This document shows positions 56,319 through 64,000 of a DNA stretch of 64,000 bases, one piece after another. Position numbers and translations under genes: made by a program. Origin of the DNA: Octopus sinensis (lineage: Eukaryota); contig NC_042998.1 of NCBI RefSeq assembly GCF_006345805.1, forward strand, positions 62,806,001-62,870,000, in the 5' to 3' direction. The number at the start of each line of letters is the position of its first letter. The first letter of the stretch is position 1. The notes under the pieces were generated by a model. The model did not search any database, was not told the DNA's origin, and saw nothing but the letters and a program-made list of their open reading frames with translations.

Positions 56319-57912
56319 CCACATTGAAAGATACCAGCAGGGTTCCTTTCTTTACTGTCTTCGGGAGGTGGTTCAGCATGTCTAGGTCATCCCTGATAAA
56401 GCTTTTCACATATTTTAAAAACGGTTTGATTAAGATGTCGAGGAAGTTGCTCAAACGGTGGATTTCACAGGAAGGCCCAGCTATGATGTGTCTCAGCTTG
56501 ACGGCAGTAGGGGGAGGGACATTAATGCATAGGCTTGTAGAGACTTTGTAGGCTTTACAAATATGTGGATTTTTATGTATTTTGGGTAATCCGTAGAATA
56601 GACTAGGACTGTATTTAAAATTGGATAAATAGTCTATTTCATGTTTAGTGAGACCCTTTCCATGTATTTGAAATAAGGACGATAAGTCTTTAAGTGTCTT
56701 CTGTGGGTTGTATTGTATTAACTTCTCATAGTAAATATTATTTTCCAACATGGAAAGTATTAAATGTTTGTAGTATTCTGTGTCCATCACCACTACTGCT
56801 CTTCCTTTGTCAGCTTCTTTAATGGTGAGGTTTATATCATTTTTTAGCTCGACAACGTCTTTCCATTCATTTATATTATGGTTGGATTTAATTTGTTGTT
56901 TTTGTAGGGTATTATAAGGAAAACTGGTTATGTGTTCACAATAGACATCAAGTGCTTTATTTCTGCCTTTTGTAGGCCGGTATTCACTTTCGTTTTTTAC
57001 TATTGAGTCATCTTCACTGGTGTAGTTGTGAAGTGCTTCTGTGAGGCGTAATCTTCGGCAGAAATCCATAGTATTGTCCTTAATGTCATTTGGGTTCGAT
57101 CTGCGGGGGGTGGGTAGGAGAAAATTTTAAACCTCTTGCTAGAATTTTGGTTTATGTAGAACTCAGGATTTTCTTTGAAAGGTTGATTCTTTTCGGTTGT
57201 TCTTGAGTATTTGGTTCCATTTCATATCTCTATTTCTCTGGTTTACGTCTAAAAAGTGGTTGTAGCAGGTGGATTGATGTGGAAGGTCTGCATTTTGTTT
57301 AGTTTGCTGAGGAAAAAATGAGTGTAAAGTGTGTCTGTGGTAGTAAGATTGTGGTGGAGTAGCTGTGTAGCGTACTGGATTATGGTTGTACTGAGGGTTG
57401 TTATATTGTCTGTGGCTGATGTGGTTTGGGTTTAATTGATTTTTTAATATTGTAGTATGGGTGGAGGGAGAAGTTATGTTGTCTAGTCAGGTTGTCTCTA
57501 GTTGACTAATTGATGTAGCCATGTTGGGGATAAATCTCGGAGGAAAGTTCTTCCTGGTAAGAATTGGTCCCCGAAAATTTAAGTTAGTCTGGAGGTTTCG
57601 ATGGAATCTTTGATTTGTATGTAGGATGCCTTGAGGATTATGTCCAGATTTTCTACTGTGGGTTGAATTATTGATTGTTGTTTGAATGTTATTTGGGGGA
57701 GTAAGAGAGTTCAAGATGGTAGAGTTGTGTCCCCTAGACCATCTGTGGTTTGTGTTTGATACACGTGGGTTCATTTCTGTGTATGTTTTTGGTTTATTTT
57801 TCTTCAGGAAGGGGTTATTCGAAGCGTTTTCTATGTTGAACTGAGTTTCGTAGTTATTAAAGAAATTGGGTTGTTTATCCCAGCGTTGTAAGGAGTTAGT
57901 TTCTTCATTCAC
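56319..57912 (-). mobile_element. Penelope-like element: N-terminal region and first part of the reverse transcriptase, 3'-truncated
   Basis: ILARGLKFSPT (~57100-57140), IKEADKGRAVVVMD, FYGLPKIHK, LRHIIAG and LLVSFNV. The catalytic DD motif and GIY-YIG domain are absent. Confidence 0.9.
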
Positions 57913-57930
57913 GCAAGTTGTTTTCCACAG

Positions 57931-58011
<81 letters not shown>

Positions 58012-58559
58012 TCAAAGGATAAACAATAATAAACCAAAACATAAATTTTAATTTTTCAAAATTAAAAAAAGCTAACGGTGAAATACAAACATTATTAGAC
58101 ATTTGAAAAGTTTGATCAGATCATCACAATAACGTTATGAATTCTTCGAAATTACATTCCCGATCATATGAACCACTTCAAATATTTTAACAAGTTTAAA
58201 GTGATATCTTTTGTATCGTAAACCATTTAATATTTCTGCGGTGTCCCATTCCCTGTATGTGATAAGCATATGTTTATTTTACTTAATGATTATCCAGCGC
58301 TAGTCAGACCTGACTTAACACATAGAACTCCGGGGACACACTCACTTTATACCCCCTACATGGCCTTGCTTTTTGCTTTTTGAGCCAAAAAATTAACTAA
58401 CTAACTAACTAACTAACATACCGCTACTTTAAGTACTATAAGTACTCTAGACTCTTTGAACACCTCCACCGTTGCAATCACTCTTGAATGAGTTCTGTGG
58501 TGCATGCAGCGCGTAGCTCAATTGTCTTCGCAAGTGTAGTGGCATAATGAAAAGATATG

Positions 58560-58720
58560 TACAGCTGTAGCTGAGTGGTAATAAGTTGTTCTTTCAACCA
58601 CATGCTTCCTGGTTCAGTCCCATAGCGTAGGACTTTAGAAAAGTGTAATCTACTATACTCTTGGGCCGACCAAAACTTGTGAGTGGATTTGATAGGCGGA
58701 AATTGAAAGAAGCCGTATGG
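58560..58720 (+). mobile_element. Family B SINE 5' half
   Basis: ggttcagtccc B-box-like and ttgggccgaccaaaacttgtgagtggattt core. Confidence 0.7.
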
Positions 58721-58725
58721 TATAT

Positions 58726-58775
<50 letters not shown>

Positions 58776-58880
58776 ACACACAAACACACACACATGCACA
58801 CACACACACACACAAACGCACACACACAAACACACACACACACAAATATATATATATATTATATATATATATATATATAT

Positions 58881-59306
58881 ATCAACAATCAAGGAACGGC
58901 CATGATAGGCCATTCACCCACTAGAAATAACAGCCAAAGCTTCAACCGCAAATAAAGATTAATTCCGTAAACAGGAGAAAATTTAAAAAACATTTACCCT
59001 GTAATTTCTTGTACGATGCACCGTTTCATCTGCTGTTTAATGGTAAACTAACCTGATTAAATTAAATCAAGCCAATCTTTCTTGCTGAAGAATCTGAGGG
59101 CCTATGGAAGATTGGCTTGATTTAATTTAATCAGGTTAGTTTACCATTAAACAGCAGATGAAACGGTGCATCGTACAAGAAATTACAGGGTAAATGTTTT
59201 TAAAATTTTCTCCTGTTTACGGAATTAATCTTTATTTGCGGTTGAAGCTTTGGCTGTTATATCTAGTGGGTGAATGGCCTATCATGGCCGTTCCTTGATT
59301 GTTGAT
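58881..59306. repeat. Near-perfect palindrome, 199-bp arms, 28-nt spacer
   Basis: 58881-59079 versus 59108-59306: 2 mismatches found by eye. Confidence 0.95.
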
Positions 59307-60104
59307 GTTGAACTTAAAAATGGTCTATGACTATTTAATTTTTTCCTACTAGGCCGCTGGTGGCAAAAAGAATTCTACAAAATTTTTTTCTGCCACCCTA
59401 TATTGATTAATTATATATATATATATATATATATAGGAAAGAGTGGCACAACAAGGTACTAATTGTCTTGGAAATAGCAGTCGATAATCATTCGACGCTA
59501 GGTAAAGCGTCACTGAATGTATAGAGGCAAAGATGTGTGCGGGCGGTGAATATAAAAAAATTCGTCTTGCCTCAAGGAAGAACGCCAGAGGAATGGACAA
59601 CCTAGTACTCGAGTTTCGAACTTTTCAGAATATGTTTGTTATCGTAAAACTGATTAGTTCTCGTCAGCTAGGTCTACCGAAGAAACTAAATTAAAAATGT
59701 CCGCAACATCAATGCCTGTATTACACACACACACACACACACAGACATAAAATATATATAAGGCTTTCCCTCTATACACGCTAGCTCAATTTGATCCATC
59801 CTCATTGGTGGAAAGACATCCGTTGTTACATTTTTGTTTGTAATTGTAACTGTGTAACGTATTCTCCGCTTTTTGTCTTTGTTGTACACATTCGCTTGCT
59901 TTCTTACAAAAAACACAATTAGCTTAGATTTTTGGCGGCAACAAGCCTAGTAGAGATTTTTCAATTCCGACAAATAAGCAACGGTTAACGATACATTCGC
60001 TGATACTGCGTAAAGCAACAGGGCTGGATGAAAATAAGCCGTACGCAACTGAAACACCATTAAATTAAAATAAACATTTATGCATAATACTTAGTATTGC
60101 ATAT

Positions 60105-60163
<59 letters not shown>

Positions 60164-60648
60164 ATTATAATTATAATAATAAGGGCTTTTTGCAACAAGT
60201 TGCTTAAACCACATACCGAAAATATTAGAAATAGCAGTCAAAGGGCTACTATTTCTTTTACTACAAAAATAAGTCTCCACAAACAACAGTATTTGTAACT
60301 CACATGTGGTAAAAGAAGAAGAAAAACAACGAAACCACACAGTCTCCGGATTAATTATGGACCTACGTTTCTGGATTAGAATCGTAAAGTTCATTTCCTT
60401 ATCAACATAAAATTTCCCATAAATCTAGAAATGCTAGGAAAAACTTAGCTTTTATATTTCCGACCCCAAGCGACATCGAAAGATACAAAAGTCCACTAGC
60501 ATATCCACATTTATATAGACAAGCGAATTCGTATCTCCCTCCAAAATCTCACCACGTGAGTCACAAAACAGTACTGCCGAAACGAAGTTTCGTAGTTTTG
60601 TTGTAGGGGAGTAAAAGTATTCAAAACGGATAAAAGGTGAAATAATTA

Positions 60649-60743
<95 letters not shown>

Positions 60744-61199
60744 TTAAGAACGTTTTGCATAATAAACGTGTAAATACCCCAGAACAAAACACAGAACATA
60801 AGTATTATTTTATAGCTTGTAGTGCAAAAAGTTCCTCTCTAAAGCCTAATTTTGTCTTGGTACTTGGTATATTCTTTGACAAGTAAAATTTACACTTCAT
60901 TATAAGCCCTTGAGTGCTCTTCCTGGAAACATAAGCCAATTACACGCCCGCATACATAGATACAAGAACTCACGCGAATATATATCTAAGTTTACATACA
61001 TGTGTACACACAGATACACATATGCGTATATATATGCATTGGTGGTGGTGGTGGTGGTAGGGGGGGCTAGAGTAATATTAATATGGGTCTTAGGCGTTTA
61101 GTGCCGAAGGTGATACGAAGAAACTAAATCATTTCATCCTGAACAACTAAGAATTGGTTTTTTGCCCAAATGATGAAACAGCTTCTCAGAATATACACA

Positions 61200-61266
61200 T
61201 TTGCATACACACATACTTACATACATACATAATCTATCTATATACATAAGAATATATATATGTATA

Positions 61267-61329
<63 letters not shown>

Positions 61330-61452
61330 GTATGTATATATATATATATGTATATATATATATAATATATATATAGATATATATATACATTAATATATAT
61401 ACATATATATATATACACACATATATATATACATATATATATATATACATAC

Positions 61453-61512
<60 letters not shown>

Positions 61513-61836
61513 ATGTAGTAATTGTGAAAGCTCTGGGTTTAATGTATATTATTCTGCCTTGGAAAAAAGAAATACGTGCTAAAATTTCACACGAAAACAC
61601 TAAGGTAACGGGTCTTTAATCGGTTTAATGGTTTATCTTTCATCAATGTGGGTTACACGAAAAGAAGAGAGAAAAAGAAATCACATCACTTTTCAAGTTA
61701 CTTTTTCTCTTTGAGTGTTGCAATTTCTGTGTAATTGCTCACTTATATCAGTCGAAGTAATAAAATTAACATGTTATTTGAGTATAACGGGTCCGGACGG
61801 GGCACGTTAAATACATACATACACACATACGCATGG

Positions 61837-61904
<68 letters not shown>

Positions 61905-61947
61905 ACATACACACATACGCATGCATATATCTATACCTACATACATG

Positions 61948-61984
<37 letters not shown>

Positions 61985-61997
61985 ACATACATGTATG

Positions 61998-62052
<55 letters not shown>

Positions 62053-62200
62053 CATACATACATATAGGTATATATGTGTATGTATGTATATATATACATA
62101 TATACTTACATACATGTATGTATATGTGTATATATATATATATGTATGTGTGTGTGTATATATATATGTGTGTGTGTAGTGATATATTACGTGCCTACAT
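61200..62200. repeat. (TA)n/(TACA)n microsatellite blocks
   Basis: Visible runs; they account for the YIYI ORFs. Confidence 0.93.
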
Positions 62201-62603
62201 ATGAGGAAATATATAGCGTATAACACAAGCACATATAAATATATATGGCATAATACATGCATACATATACATACACACTTACGCGCGCGTAAATATACAC
62301 TTGTGTGTAAAAGTATAACGTATAATCTAATATATTTATAGCAACAACATGAATATATATATATATAGCAATATAAATCTGTAGAAAATGATACATCTGA
62401 AAATATATTCATACTTTCAGATAGGTACTAATTATATACACATACATTCTTATATAAGTACATACAACATACACACATACACGTGAATATATATATATAT
62501 ATGTCTATATACATGTATACAATATATACATATACATATATGCATACATACATACACACTCACAGGTACGCCCACACACTAATACACACACATATATATA
62601 TAA

Positions 62604-63425
62604 TGGGTGCGTTGGATATACTGTCGTCTAAATTACGCAGAAGTGAAAGTAACAGATACCTCGTTTTAACATATATATTTACCTAAATTACATATAAATA
62701 TCTTAGAATATTAAAGAATGTTTATATTCAATAAAATCGCCATTGGCTTCAACCTGTGCCTCCAGACGCTCAGAATTTCCTGCGACTCTTCTTGCCTTCA
62801 TTTCATCTTTGTTGCTACAAATTTAGTCTCTCGCTCAACTACGCGCCATAGAATAATCAAGTGCGTTGAAGTCAGGGGATTTAGGTTGCCAGATTTTAGG
62901 GGTGATGTGGTCGTGGAAAATGTCTGACAGCCATGACTAGGTTCTCCTGCTTGTGTTGCATGGTGCAGAGTCCTCTTGCCAGACATAGGATCTTCCATCC
63001 ACTTCAACCAGGGCAGCACTACTTCCTCCAGGCACTTGATGTAGGCCGCTGTGTTGAGTCTGAGGCCGTGTGAGAAAATGAATAGAGGTATAACGTCGTC
63101 ATCACTAATAATCTGTCCAAAACCCATGATTTACACCGGATGTTTGATTTTTATCACTCTCGGTTCATGTCTTCAGATTGCGCTTTCTTCAGATTGACAT
63201 CCAAACACTTTGAAATGTTCGTATTGGCGCTTCCAGGGCGAATGCCAGGCCTTACAGCATGTCGTTTCCAAATTTCTGGCAGGGTAAATTGCACCATGGT
63301 GCTGTTTTTCTCACAGACGATGACCAAACTAAACCTAGTTTACTGTGTAGTCGGCAATATCCCAAAGAAACAATGCGCAAGCCTGAAATTAAAAATATTA
63401 AATGGCAACAATTTACCCATCGCAG

Positions 63426-63430
<5 letters not shown>
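62604..63430 (-). mobile_element. Decayed Tc1/mariner-superfamily (maT/DD37D-like) element
   Basis: IISDDDVIPLFIFSHGLRLNTAAYIKCLEEVVLPW, then frameshifted QDSAPC and W..VERET regions. Degenerate TIR-like ends near 62604 and 63430. Confidence 0.78.
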
Positions 63431-63485
<55 letters not shown>

Positions 63486-63766
63486 ATATATATACATACA
63501 TATATTTGTGTGTGTGCATACAAATTTGTAAGTATGTCTGAATAAATGTATGTACATATGTATTTGTTTGTCTTCGTGGATGTGTGTAAATCTTTTAATT
63601 TAGACATAGACCTATTAGCATCTATAGAGAAAGCATTTTAATGCATATCTATCTCTCTATCTAATTTCACATCTATCTATCTATTTATATGTTATATATA
63701 CATATATGTATCTGTGTTAATATATATTTGTGTGTTGTATACGTACTATGTACATATGTATGCATG

Positions 63767-63812
<46 letters not shown>

Positions 63813-64000
63813 ATATATATGTTAAATATATATATCTATATATTACTATATATATATATATATTTATATATGTATGTATGTATGTATATATTACTTGTTT
63901 GTACATATACATACATACATACATAAATACATAAACATGTTTCTATATAAGTACACATGCACATGTATAGACGTACATACATACACAGATCAGATGTGAA

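Overview
AT-rich, repeat-dominated eukaryotic DNA, either intergenic or from a very large intron. The SINE families, the mix of mariner, hAT, RTE, Tx1 and Penelope elements, and the extreme microsatellite density resemble what I know of octopus (coleoid cephalopod) genomes. That assignment is pattern recognition, not a database result. I found no intact host gene, rRNA, true tRNA gene or CRISPR array. Most listed ORFs are translations of microsatellites, and every protein-like ORF I recognise is a decayed transposable-element fragment. These include several Tc1/mariner copies, a Spin/Buster-like hAT transposase, RTE, Tx1(L1), CR1-group and R4/Dong-like LINE fragments, a Penelope-like (PLE) reverse transcriptase and a probable non-autonomous Helitron, plus many tRNA-derived SINEs. 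The most interesting signals are non-coding. (1) A tRNA-headed SINE-like element ends in a minimal type I hammerhead ribozyme motif (5145-5418). (2) A second repeat family, in five copies, carries a hammerhead-like motif with a fixed non-canonical CUGUYGA core. (3) Two SINE families share 3' tails with LINEs present in the same window, one of them Tx1/L1-clade. (4) There are several long fold-back hairpins, including a nearly perfect 199-bp-arm palindrome. (5) There are short templated insertions and microsatellite-bounded tandem duplications. Alignments were done by eye, and repeat boundaries are approximate unless stated.
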